A DNA stretch of 64,000 bases from an uncultured delta proteobacterium (lineage in GTDB: Bacteria; Desulfobacterota; Syntrophia; Syntrophales; UBA2185): contig CAVSPA010000007.1 in assembly GCA_963729715.1 (NCBI GenBank), positions 416,001-480,000 of the forward strand, written 5' to 3'. Shown one piece after another: positions 1-9,400 of the stretch; the stretch's first letter is position 1; each line of letters opens with the position of its first letter. The notes under the pieces were generated by a model. It did no database searches. It was not told the origin of the DNA and worked only from the letters and a program-made list of their open reading frames with translations. The translations under genes were made by a program, and so were the position numbers.

Positions 1-1598
1 GACTCCATGTTAAACTCAGCGCGCATCCCCTCGATCTTAGCCTCCAGGACTTTGCGTTTGCGTTCGTGCTCGCGCATCATCCGGTCCGCCTCATGCTGGT
101 AATACCTTGCCTCTCCATGCTCCTTCGCTTCCTGCGCCGCACGGGCGCTCCCTGTGAGTACACCTCCCGGACCGAGATAAACATCGACAAGCTCGATGCC
201 ACGGTCGCTGAGTAGGACTTCGCGGATCTGGTTGGAGTGGGCCATGCCACGGGATTTCAGGATGTACAGGCCGCGGTTCCGCTCCCCGTTGATTTCGATA
301 TCGCGCAGCAGGATCCAGGTGTCGATGAGCGATGAAATCTCTTCATTTGTGCTCTCCAAGTTGTTTCCAAAATGGACCAAGTCCGTAAGAAGCGTGGTGA
401 CATGGCTCGCCTTCAGGTAATCGAAGAGCCGGGTGAGCACCGATTTAACCTCGACGGAACTACCCACGGCAGTCAGGTTGCTTACCGGATCCACGATGAC
501 GATCTGGGGTTTAAACTCGGCGATCAGGTTATGGATCGTGACTAAGTGCATCTCCAAGCCGTAAAGGGAAGGACGGCTCGCGTGAAACTTGAGTTTCCCC
601 TTTTTCACCCAGGGGGCGAGGTCCGTGCCGATGGACTTCATGTTACGTATGATCTGGTCGGCCGATTCCTCGAAGGCAAAGTAGAGGCAGCGTTCACCGC
701 GCCTGCAGGCGGACTCGGTAAACTTCGCCGCAAAGCTGGTCTTTCCTGTGCCTGCCGTGCCGGAGATGAGGATGGTGCTTCCGCGGTAGAAGCCTTTCCC
801 GGCAAGCATGTTGTCCAGGCGCGTGATGCCGGAGGCGATGCGTTCGTTGGAAACGGTATGTTCGAGGCCGAGCGATGTCACCGGCAGGATGGAAATGCCG
901 GTATTCTCGATGAGAAAGGGATACTCGTCTGCGCCGTGGGAAGAGCCTCGGTACTTGATGATGCGCAAACGCCGGGTGGAGATCTGCTCTCTGACCCGGA
1001 AGTCGAGGAGGATCACGCAATCGGCAACGTATTCCTCAAGGCCATAGCGTGTGAGGGTCTTTTCCCCGCTTTCTCCCGTGACGATGGCCGTGATTCCTCG
1101 GTCTTTCAGCCGGTGGAAGAGCCTGCGAAACTCCGCCCGCAGAATGCCGACATTGGAAAACCCGGAAAACAGGGATTCGATGGTATCGAGAACGATCCGT
1201 TTCGCCTTGATCGAATCGATGGCATGGGCGAGGCGGATGAAAAGACCTTCAAGGTCGTATTCGCCCGTCTCCTCAATCTCGCTCCTCTTGATATAGACAT
1301 GGTCCATGGCGATGAGCTTGCGGGCGATCATGTCGTTCAGGTCGTAACCGAGGGAGGCGAAGTTCTGGGCCAGGTCTTTGGGCGTTTCCTCGAAGGAAAC
1401 GAAGACACCTGGCTCCTTGAACTGGATCGCGCCCCGGAGGAGAAACTCCATGGCAAGCACGGTCTTCCCGCAGCCGGCGCTCCCGCAGATCAAGGTGGAA
1501 CGGCCCTTCGGCAGCCCGCCGCTGCTGACTTCGTCAAAACCCCTGATACCGGTCGGGCACTTCTCCAAGACAACGGCCCGCTGATGCTTTGCCATCAT
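1..1598 (-). CDS. kaiC: Circadian clock ATPase KaiC, KaiC2-type; 3' end runs off the window
   Basis: Absent from the ORF track because there is no stop in the window. Manual translation: MMAKHQRAVVLEKCPTGIRGFDEVSSGGLPKGRSTLICGSAGCGKT; second Walker A GTAGTGKT; EEISSLIDTWILLRD; KSRGMAHSNQIRE; GVLTGSAR followed by a coiled-coil-like tail. GGAGG RBS upstream. Confidence 0.95.
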   Translation of the reverse strand, partial: MMAKHQRAVVLEKCPTGIRGFDEVSSGGLPKGRSTLICGSAGCGKTVLAMEFLLRGAIQFKEPGVFVSFEETPKDLAQNFASLGYDLNDMIARKLIAMDHVYIKRSEIEETGEYDLEGLFIRLAHAIDSIKAKRIVLDTIESLFSGFSNVGILRAEFRRLFHRLKDRGITAIVTGESGEKTLTRYGLEEYVADCVILLDFRVREQISTRRLRIIKYRGSSHGADEYPFLIENTGISILPVTSLGLEHTVSNERIASGITRLDNMLAGKGFYRGSTILISGTAGTGKTSFAAKFTESACRRGERCLYFAFEESADQIIRNMKSIGTDLAPWVKKGKLKFHASRPSLYGLEMHLVTIHNLIAEFKPQIVIVDPVSNLTAVGSSVEVKSVLTRLFDYLKASHVTTLLTDLVHFGNNLESTNEEISSLIDTWILLRDIEINGERNRGLYILKSRGMAHSNQIREVLLSDRGIELVDVYLGPGGVLTGSARAAQEAKEHGEARYYQHEADRMMREHERKRKVLEAKIEGMRAEFNME

Positions 1599-2080
1599 GC
1601 GCCTCCATTATGGCTGAGAGGTTTATAGGGGGACCATATGGAACATCCATTGGATGGAAGATGTCGGGATAATGAGAGCATCCTGTCTGGACAGCTGACC
1701 ATTTCTTGTATCTATAATTTAAGAGAAACGCAAGAGAAAAGGCTGGCTTAAGATGCCGGAAAATCTTAGAAAATGCTGCAACTGCTTATCAATCTTATCA
1801 ATGCATCACATTGCGATTAAAACTTAACGATTGATTGGAGGGAGAAATATTTGATGGGAAAGCGGCCGACATTTCGTTTAGCAAAAAGATTTATATTTTG
1901 CGATATATCTTCTCTTATTGAGAACGGCCAATAAATCTTACTGCATGTAAGAAAGGATGCACGTCAAAATTGCCTGACGCTTGCTTTAAGGAACAAAAAA
2001 TCCAATGGCTGCTTTTTCAAGATCGCCCATCCGCCCAATCGCTCTTTGCGACTGTAAAACGCGAGCGGAGATGTCCCTTT

Positions 2081-2737
2081 TCATAGCGAATGCTGGAGGA
2101 CAATGATCTCCGGTTCTTTGGGGAGGGCCGCAGCCGTAACCTTCACTTCCGATTTCGGCAGAACCTGAACGTTCTTTTTGCCCCGCGTAAATTCGGCGAC
2201 GGTAGTAATCGGAAAGCTGCATTTTTCCGTCTTGTAGTGCATGGGTATGGTGATAGACGGTCTGATGTTGTTCATGACTTTCGTGGCCGCCTGTGCATCA
2301 ATGGTGTAGAAACCACCCACGGGCAAAAACAGTACATCCACTTTGCCGATTTTCTTCAGCGTCTGTGGGTCGAGGTCATGCCCGAGGTCTCCCATGTGTA
2401 ACAGCTTTATGCCGTCTGCGGAAATAAGCGTAAGCAGGTTATTTCCCCTTTCCTTCCCCGAGGCAGCATCATGGAAGGTCGGAAGTGTCTCAAGCTTCAC
2501 GTCTTTGATCTCGTAGCTCCCTTGTTGCTTTATGTGATCATATTTACCCCGAATGCTTTTTGTGTAGTTGTGGTCTCCGTGATCGTGGCTTGTAATGACG
2601 ATGTCGGCTTCGTCATCGATTGTACGATAGGATAAGGCACCGTTTGAAAATCCGTGTTCATAAGGGTCGATGATGATCCTTGTCCCATTCTCAGTCGTTA
2701 TCTTAAAAGCTGCATGACCATACCATTCTATATTCAT
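2081..2737 (-). CDS. MBL-fold metallo-hydrolase
   Basis: WYGHAAF, TSHDHGDHN, HMGDLGH and PMHY motifs; GGAGG RBS. Confidence 0.9.
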   Translation of the reverse strand: MNIEWYGHAAFKITTENGTRIIIDPYEHGFSNGALSYRTIDDEADIVITSHDHGDHNYTKSIRGKYDHIKQQGSYEIKDVKLETLPTFHDAASGKERGNNLLTLISADGIKLLHMGDLGHDLDPQTLKKIGKVDVLFLPVGGFYTIDAQAATKVMNNIRPSITIPMHYKTEKCSFPITTVAEFTRGKKNVQVLPKSEVKVTAAALPKEPEIIVLQHSL

Positions 2738-2819
2738 GGCGATACCTCCTTATGCTGGGAATGTTTATTTCTCTTATCCAGAAGAATAAGTCCACCGACA
2801 TGTATGGAGCAAGATGTGC

Positions 2820-3509
2820 CTATCGACCGCGCTTGGGATATCCGACCGACTGCGCCAGAATGATTTTCTGATCCGCCCTCAATTTCATGGCCTTTGCGAG
2901 CGCCGGTTTGTCTATATACGCGCGCACGACCGTCGCCAACCCGGTGGAGGCGCAATAGAGATACACATTTTCACTTATGAAACCCGTGTCTGCCGCAGCA
3001 TACAGTTCTCGATCTGGAGACGAACTCATTCGAGAAAGATCGGCCACATATATAAGATTAACTGCAGCCTCTTTGACATAGTCCTGCTTGCCGGCAAGCG
3101 CTCTCAGGTCTCCTGCAGCGATCATCTTCAACGAGTGTGATTTTGCCTCGTAGAGGTAAATACCGCTTTCAGTGGCAACATAAACGTCAATTTCCTGTTT
3201 ATTCATTGCAGTAGGCGCTGTCCGTCTGCCCGAATCAGGACGATTGATTCCTGCAGCAGCCCAGAGCATATTTGAAAGAATATTCTCCGGTAATGCCTCC
3301 GAGCCGAATTCGCGGGAAGAGCTTCTCTTTGCCAGAACCTCCATCAGCGGATTGCCGGCGATCTGCGGCTTTGTAAGCTGAATCGATTTCTGTTTCTGCG
3401 CCATGGTAATATCCTGACCCATAGCCGGGATGATGATGACAGAAGTTAGAATAACGGCTGCAATTACGGGCGTGATGTTAAAACCCCTGCTTCTTGATTT
3501 CGTCTTCAT
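2820..3509 (-). CDS. Nitroreductase-family (SagB/ThcOx-like) protein with N-terminal signal/TM segment
   Basis: RSSSREF, LWAAAGINR, RTAPTAMN, DTGFISENVYL, QSVGYP. Start placed at ATG 3509 behind GAGGAG. Confidence 0.85.
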   Translation of the reverse strand: MKTKSRSRGFNITPVIAAVILTSVIIIPAMGQDITMAQKQKSIQLTKPQIAGNPLMEVLAKRSSSREFGSEALPENILSNMLWAAAGINRPDSGRRTAPTAMNKQEIDVYVATESGIYLYEAKSHSLKMIAAGDLRALAGKQDYVKEAAVNLIYVADLSRMSSSPDRELYAAADTGFISENVYLYCASTGLATVVRAYIDKPALAKAMKLRADQKIILAQSVGYPKRGR

Positions 3510-3567
3510 ATGTGTAAACTCCTCTTGGTTTGTAAGTGCCACGGTGTAAATCATCTCATTGTTAGGG

Positions 3568-3642
3568 TGTCGTATCGACCGCAGAGAGATATCTTTTAGT
3601 ATTACCTTCCACGACTAAGATTTCTCGCTTCTCGAAATGACA
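3568..3642. repeat. Degenerate REP-like intergenic palindrome
   Basis: TGTCGTATCGACCGCAGAGAGATATCT ... AGATTTCTCGCTTCTCGAAATGACA; the arms are imperfect inverted repeats. A related half-site GCTTCGCTCGCAGTGAC lies at 56531-56547. Confidence 0.55.
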
Positions 3643-3707
3643 ATAGCATATGGGAATTCCCGAAGTGTCGCATAAAATGCGTAAACCGAATTTATGAACT
3701 AGTGCAC

Positions 3708-4109
3708 TTAGCTGGTTCCGTCCCGATTGTTTTCGCTGCCGTCATCGGACATTGAGTGTGACGGCAGGTGCCTGGCAGTAAAGAAACCGGCAAAAGATAC
3801 AAAGATGGTAATCACAGCTACCGTGAATGCGAGTGATTTACCGTGCCATAACCCGTTAAACCAACGCCGGAAGTCATCTGCAAGCACGGCTGCCTTTCCG
3901 CCGTAGACTTCCAGATCATGTCTATAGATCTTCGTATTTTCCGGCATGATCGGATAAATAGTACCGCCGATTATCTGGTAACCGAGAGCACCGCTCGCAT
4001 CCATATCGGCTGTCTGATAAATGAAGATGGCCGTACCCAGACCAACCAGCAGGATAATCGTGCTTAAGAGATTAATGCAGATGAGCAAGCCTGCGCCTTT
4101 CCATTTCAT
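3708..4109 (-). CDS. Hypothetical membrane protein with two TM segments
   Basis: 133-aa ORF with two hydrophobic stretches. Confidence 0.7.
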   Translation of the reverse strand: MKWKGAGLLICINLLSTIILLVGLGTAIFIYQTADMDASGALGYQIIGGTIYPIMPENTKIYRHDLEVYGGKAAVLADDFRRWFNGLWHGKSLAFTVAVITIFVSFAGFFTARHLPSHSMSDDGSENNRDGTS

Positions 4110-4244
4110 GTTGTACCTGTTTTCGCTGTTGTGTCTCTACAACTTTGGAAACGCTAGGACATGAGCGCTGTCCGAAAGTTTGACTCCTCTGGAGACAGTA
4201 TAAGAAGAAATGCATCGTGTGTCAATGAGTCATTGAAGAGCGAA

Positions 4245-5571
4245 TTGCCTCACATTAAATGTTACCCAAGGGGGTGAATAAAAGAGATCGTTGACTCATA
4301 ATTCGATGTTACCGAACATCGACTTCCAAAAGGGAGGGATAATCATGAGTCCACGGTCCAAAAGAGAGTATTGGGAGGCAGTACATTTACGGTATAAAAA
4401 TGCCACCCGTCGTGAGAAAACCGCCATTCTGGATGAATTCTGTGCCACCTGCGGATGTCACCGCAAACATGCCATCAGGGTCCTCAAGAGATTCAAACGC
4501 TTTACCAAACCAAAGGCAAAGAAAAGAGGGAAACCGTCGGTTTATCAGAATGAAGCAGTCCGTAAACCACTTAAAGAAATCTGGCTTAAAGCTAATCTCC
4601 CCTGCTCAAAGCGCCTTAAAGCCATCCTGCCGATCTGGCTGCCCGGATATGTTCAACTCTTCGGCCAACTCTCTGTGGATGTTACCAATGCCTTACTGAA
4701 AATCTCCCCTCCAACAATAGACAGGATTCTAAAGCCTATCCGAATCCATTACACAAAACGGGGACGGAGTACCACAAAGCCAGGCACCCTCTTACGAAAA
4801 CAAGTACCCATCAAAACCAACCAGTGGGACGAATCACGTCCAGGATTCCTCGAAGCCGATACGGTTGCTCATTGCGGCGATTCCATCTCCGGAATGTACG
4901 CCAATACCATTGGCTTCGTAGATATTGCCACCGGCTGGACTGAACAGCGTGCCGTATGGGGAAAGGGTGAAACAGGTGTCCTGGAACAAATTAAAAACAT
5001 AGAAATAACACTCCCGTTCCCTATGCTCGGCTTCGATTGTGATAATGGGGGTGAGTTCCTCAACTATCACCTCCAGAGACACTTTACAGAAAGAAAACAA
5101 CCCGTCCAGTTCACCAGGAGCAGAGCCTATCACAAGGATGACAATGCCCATATAGAACAGAAAAACTGGACTCACATAAGACAGTGGCTCGGATATGAAC
5201 GTTTAGACAATCCCAGGGTCGTGCCCCTGCTGAACAACCTCTATGGTAAAGAATGGAGACTCTTCCACAACTTCTTCTGCCCCTCAGTAAAACTCATCGC
5301 CAAAGAAAGGATCGGATCTAAAACCATCAAACGCCATGACTCTCCTAAAACACCTTACCGGAGAATCATGGATTCTCCTCATATCCAGGAATCCGTCAAA
5401 CTCTCCCTCTCCAAACAACTTGAAAACCTGAACCCTTTTCTGCTAAGAAATACCATGGATAAGAAATTGAAAATAATCTTCTCCATAAACAACAAACCCG
5501 GGTAACATTCTTTATGAGGCAACGTTACCTTCCAACACTCTCCCTTCGGTAACATTTATTTATGAGGCAAC
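4245..5571 (+). mobile_element. Insertion sequence (integrase-core DDE, ISNCY-like) with two copies of a ~24-bp motif at each end
   Basis: Left copies at 4245-4267 and 4290-4314, right copies at 5500-5523 and 5547-5571, consensus GGTAACAT-N6/7-TGAG(G/T)CAA, inverted between ends and flanking the transposase. Confidence 0.85.
4345..5505 (+). CDS. DDE-type transposase (integrase core domain)
   Basis: N-terminal HTH (ILDEFCATCGCHRKHAIR); catalytic motifs EADTVAHCG, DCDNGGEFLN, SRAYHKDDNAHIEQKN. ATG 4345 follows GGAGG. Confidence 0.9.
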   Translation: MSPRSKREYWEAVHLRYKNATRREKTAILDEFCATCGCHRKHAIRVLKRFKRFTKPKAKKRGKPSVYQNEAVRKPLKEIWLKANLPCSKRLKAILPIWLPGYVQLFGQLSVDVTNALLKISPPTIDRILKPIRIHYTKRGRSTTKPGTLLRKQVPIKTNQWDESRPGFLEADTVAHCGDSISGMYANTIGFVDIATGWTEQRAVWGKGETGVLEQIKNIEITLPFPMLGFDCDNGGEFLNYHLQRHFTERKQPVQFTRSRAYHKDDNAHIEQKNWTHIRQWLGYERLDNPRVVPLLNNLYGKEWRLFHNFFCPSVKLIAKERIGSKTIKRHDSPKTPYRRIMDSPHIQESVKLSLSKQLENLNPFLLRNTMDKKLKIIFSINNKPG

Positions 5572-5699
5572 TGGAGAGAGGTGCATAGAATCTCCATGTT
5601 TGTAGAAGTTACATGGTGACGGCAACAGTCCCGATCCGCTCAAATCAAAGAGCGGATAATAAAGAATATCAAAACACCTATTCTCTTATCTCCTGACCT

Positions 5700-6344
5700 G
5701 TGCTAAAATTCGTAGGGGTTGTATCCGGCCCTGCAGGCTCAAGCTGCGGAAAGCGAATAACCGAAGGGAATCCTCTCAACGTGACATTTCTCTCTTTCGA
5801 CAGCATCGAAAAAATAGAGTGCGAGACAGAAATAAGGGCGGCGACCTCAGATACTGTCCATGATTTCAAGGTCACTTGGGAACCATACGTGGACGACAAA
5901 ATTATATGGCAAAAGGACAGAGATTTTGACTACCGCTGTTTCGAATGGGATAGAATAATCAATATGTCGCTCAGTTCTGTGTTCATTGATAAGTGCTTTG
6001 CAGCGTATACCGGCACGCGGCTGGATGGTTTATTGTCTTTCAGGCATCACCGCTTATTGTATCTGGATTTTTTTGCCACGGCTCCCTGGAATTATTACGG
6101 CACCGCCGGCAGAGTGCAGCGCATAGGATCGGGTCTCGTTTATTTCACTATTAAGACGAGCCTCTCTCTATCACTGAATGGAGAATTTGTCCTTTATGCA
6201 TTGGGCGGATCCGAGCAATACTGTGAAAGAATCGGGATGGTCCCTACAGGTGACTACAAGTTCGGCCTGAAAAAGTATCACATGGCGAAAGACAAGGCGG
6301 CGGCTTTTGGAAGAAGTTTCCGGAAGTACGTGATTAACGAATAG
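5700..6344 (+). CDS. Putative GNAT-like acetyltransferase; start uncertain
   Basis: LYLDFFATAPWN...QRIGSGLV...LYALGGSEQYCERIGM resembles GNAT acetyl-CoA-binding (R-x-x-G-x-G) and C-terminal motifs. Confidence 0.55.
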   Translation: MLKFVGVVSGPAGSSCGKRITEGNPLNVTFLSFDSIEKIECETEIRAATSDTVHDFKVTWEPYVDDKIIWQKDRDFDYRCFEWDRIINMSLSSVFIDKCFAAYTGTRLDGLLSFRHHRLLYLDFFATAPWNYYGTAGRVQRIGSGLVYFTIKTSLSLSLNGEFVLYALGGSEQYCERIGMVPTGDYKFGLKKYHMAKDKAAAFGRSFRKYVINE

Positions 6345-6485
6345 ATGGCGGCCGCTCACTTGAAGATTTGGTTGAGGGCCAATATACCGCCCAAGATTAT
6401 GTCTGGAAATGTTTAACCATATGGTGTAAGATTTTACAGAGTAGAATATTTTTCTTCATCATGAAGGCATAAGGATCTTTCAGAT

Positions 6486-8459
6486 ATGAGAGATAAAGAC
6501 AAGTCGAAAGAGCAATCGACGAAGAGATCAAAAAATATACGTAGGCCTGAATCGAAATCGGGAGCGGGCAAGTCACAGCGGACCCAGCCTGAGAGATTGC
6601 AGACAGAAACTGCACCCTACATTCTGATTGTTGAAGACTCAGCAAAGATTCTTAAGCCTCTGACGGATATTCTTGTCAATCGCGGCTATCGGGTATGCCA
6701 TGCCGCAAGCGGACAAGCGGCGCTAACATCAGTTACGGGAGAAACCCCCGATCTGATCCTGCTCAATACGCAATTGCCGGACATGGAGGGCCATGAGGTC
6801 TGTCGTCGTTTGAAATCCAACAAGAAGAGCCGCATGATCCCCGTCATCTTCATCGGCCTTCTTGAAGAAGTATCCATCAAGATCAAGGGCTTCGATGCCG
6901 GGGCCGTCGATTACATCACTAGGCCGTTCCGACAGGCGGAGGTCCTGGCCAAAGTCAAAACACATCTGAATCTGCGGCGCCTGCAAGATCAACTGGATGC
7001 GCAAACGCTCGAACTCCAGCGGGAGATGAACATTCGCAAAGAGACGGAAGCGGCCCTGCGTGTGGCTGAGCGACTGGCGTCCGATACCCTTGATTTTATG
7101 CCTGATGCGACATTTGCCATTGATCGGGAAGGGATAGTCATTGCATGGAACCGGGCCATGGAAGAGATGACCGGGATCCGGGCGGAGGATATGCTTGGGA
7201 AAGGGGATCATGAATATTCACTGCCGTTTTACGGAACAAGGAGACCGAAACTGATTGATTTCGTATTCCAGGCGGATGAGGCAATCGAGAAGCAATATCT
7301 CTTTGTCCGGAAACAGGGCACCGCCCTTCTCGCCGAAGCAATGGTGACACTAAATGAGGAAAATATTAAGGTCTGGGAAAAGGCAAGCCCATTATATAAT
7401 GAGACGGGCGATATCATCGGCGCCATTGAGTCGATTCGCGACATTTCGGAGCACACGCTGACCGAGGAATCCCTGCGCCAGGCCGAGGCCGAATATCGAG
7501 GCCTTTTCGAAAACGCCCAGGAAGGCATCTTCCGGTCAACCGTCGAAGGACGGTTCATTATAGCAAATCAAGCTCTGGCATCCATGCTCTCCTACAGCTC
7601 TCCCAGAGAACTCCTTAACGCCATCACCGATATCCCTCAGCAGCTCTATGTCAATCCGGACGAGCATGAAGTACTAAAGCAGATGATTAGAGACTACGGT
7701 CCCACGAAGGGATTTGAGACTCAGTATTACCGCAAGGACGGCACCAAGATATGGGTTTCCGTCAACATGCAAGCCGTTCGCGATACAGCCGGTCAGACGC
7801 TATACTACGAAGGCATTCTCGAAGATATTACAGTGAGTAGGAAAGCTGAAGAGGAACGCAAATGGAATCTTCAGCGGTTGCGTCAGACGGTGCGGGCGAC
7901 CATCCAGGCCATGGCCATGGTCGTGGAAGCGAGGGATCCATATACGGCCGGCCACCAGAGGCGAGTTTCGAACCTTGCCCGTACCATTGCCACGGAAATG
8001 GGCCTTTCACGCGACAGGATAGACGGAATTCGCATGATGGGCGCCATCCACGATATCGGCAAGATATCCATTCCCGCCGAGATCCTCAGCAAGCCCACGA
8101 AACTTAATGACATGGAATTCGGTCTGATAAAAGCACACGCGCAGGCCGGTTACGACATATTGAAGGAGATAGAGTTTCCCTGGCCTGTCGCGGAAATCAT
8201 ACTTCAACATCATGAAAAGCTAAACGGTTCAGGATATCCCCAGGGGCTGAAGGGTGATGAGATTCTTCTCGAGGCAAGAATCGTAGGCGTTGCCGATAAG
8301 GTGGAAGCCATGGCATCGCACCGTCCATACAGGCCGTCCCTCGGTTTAGAAGAAACCCTGGCAGACCTCTATGAGAACAGAGGCACCCTTTACGATGCTG
8401 ACGCTGTGGATGTCTGCATGAAACTCTTCCATGAGAAGCATTATCAGATGAATGGATAA
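6486..8459 (+). CDS. REC-PAS-PAS-HD-GYP c-di-GMP phosphodiesterase
   Basis: Receiver domain (ILIVEDS...GAVDYITRP), two PAS domains, RDPYTAGHQRRV, HDIGK, HHEKLNGSGYP, HRPYRP. Confidence 0.92.
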   Translation: MRDKDKSKEQSTKRSKNIRRPESKSGAGKSQRTQPERLQTETAPYILIVEDSAKILKPLTDILVNRGYRVCHAASGQAALTSVTGETPDLILLNTQLPDMEGHEVCRRLKSNKKSRMIPVIFIGLLEEVSIKIKGFDAGAVDYITRPFRQAEVLAKVKTHLNLRRLQDQLDAQTLELQREMNIRKETEAALRVAERLASDTLDFMPDATFAIDREGIVIAWNRAMEEMTGIRAEDMLGKGDHEYSLPFYGTRRPKLIDFVFQADEAIEKQYLFVRKQGTALLAEAMVTLNEENIKVWEKASPLYNETGDIIGAIESIRDISEHTLTEESLRQAEAEYRGLFENAQEGIFRSTVEGRFIIANQALASMLSYSSPRELLNAITDIPQQLYVNPDEHEVLKQMIRDYGPTKGFETQYYRKDGTKIWVSVNMQAVRDTAGQTLYYEGILEDITVSRKAEEERKWNLQRLRQTVRATIQAMAMVVEARDPYTAGHQRRVSNLARTIATEMGLSRDRIDGIRMMGAIHDIGKISIPAEILSKPTKLNDMEFGLIKAHAQAGYDILKEIEFPWPVAEIILQHHEKLNGSGYPQGLKGDEILLEARIVGVADKVEAMASHRPYRPSLGLEETLADLYENRGTLYDADAVDVCMKLFHEKHYQMNG

Positions 8460-8569
8460 TGGCTCGTTGCGATCTCGAGCTTGCTATGAGGTAGGCCGTT
8501 GTCTGACTATTAGCAGCAGTCAATATTAATTTCGACCATCCAATCATGATCTTGGTGGTGCAGTTATCT

Positions 8570-9295
8570 CTAATCTTCTTCCATTTTATATTTTTTCTGA
8601 CTAAAAAGCCCCAAACAGGTATCAACAACTTCCGGGTCATAGAGTATGCCCCTGTTTCCTCTAATGTCATACAATGCTGCATCAATTCCCAGGGCCGGCC
8701 TGTAGGGCCGGTGGTAAGAAATACCATTCACCACATCGGAGACAGCCAGTATCCGTGACTCCAGAAGAAGTTGATCTCCATTCGTCCCATGCGGATATCC
8801 TGAACCATTTATCCTCTCATGATGCTCAAGAACCATCCTTGGGATGGGCCACGGAAATGCAATGTCCTTCAGCATTTCATACCCCGACTGCGCATGAATT
8901 TTCACCAGCTCGAATTCAGACTCCGTCAATCTCCTCGGTTTATTGAGGATGTCTGCGGAAACTGATATTTTGCCGATATCGTGAATCAGGCCTGCTATGC
9001 GGATGCCCTCATTCTGATCACTCTTAAGATTCATTTCTATTCCAATCGCATTGGCAAGGCCGGCCACCCTCCGATGGTGATCCGCCTTGTATGGATCTCT
9101 CGTTTCAATAATCTCAGCTATGGACTGAGCGGCTTCCATGAGCTGTCTGTACGCGGTTTCCGTTATGGCAGATGCAGATAAGCCAAGCTTCATTTCAGGC
9201 CCTGATCTTTTCGCTTCGATGAGGAGCAAACGCATTTCTTCCAATTTATAAAAAATCCTTTGTTTCGTCTTGTCCTCGTCGTTCATTTGCGTCAT
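8570..9295 (-). CDS. Stand-alone HD-GYP domain protein
   Basis: HDIGK, HHERINGSGYP, HRPYRP. Confidence 0.9.
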   Translation of the reverse strand: MTQMNDEDKTKQRIFYKLEEMRLLLIEAKRSGPEMKLGLSASAITETAYRQLMEAAQSIAEIIETRDPYKADHHRRVAGLANAIGIEMNLKSDQNEGIRIAGLIHDIGKISVSADILNKPRRLTESEFELVKIHAQSGYEMLKDIAFPWPIPRMVLEHHERINGSGYPHGTNGDQLLLESRILAVSDVVNGISYHRPYRPALGIDAALYDIRGNRGILYDPEVVDTCLGLFSQKKYKMEED

Positions 9296-9400
9296 CTTAA
9301 TTCACATAAATCAAAAAACTGCCTTGATGTACAGAATTTGGTTCCCGATTTCTTGGCATTCTGTCGGCGAAAAATTTGAAATATCATCGAGGCCGATTGA

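Noticed and set aside
546..1628. 360-aa plus-strand ORF
   Set aside because: Antisense shadow of kaiC with no recognisable motifs.
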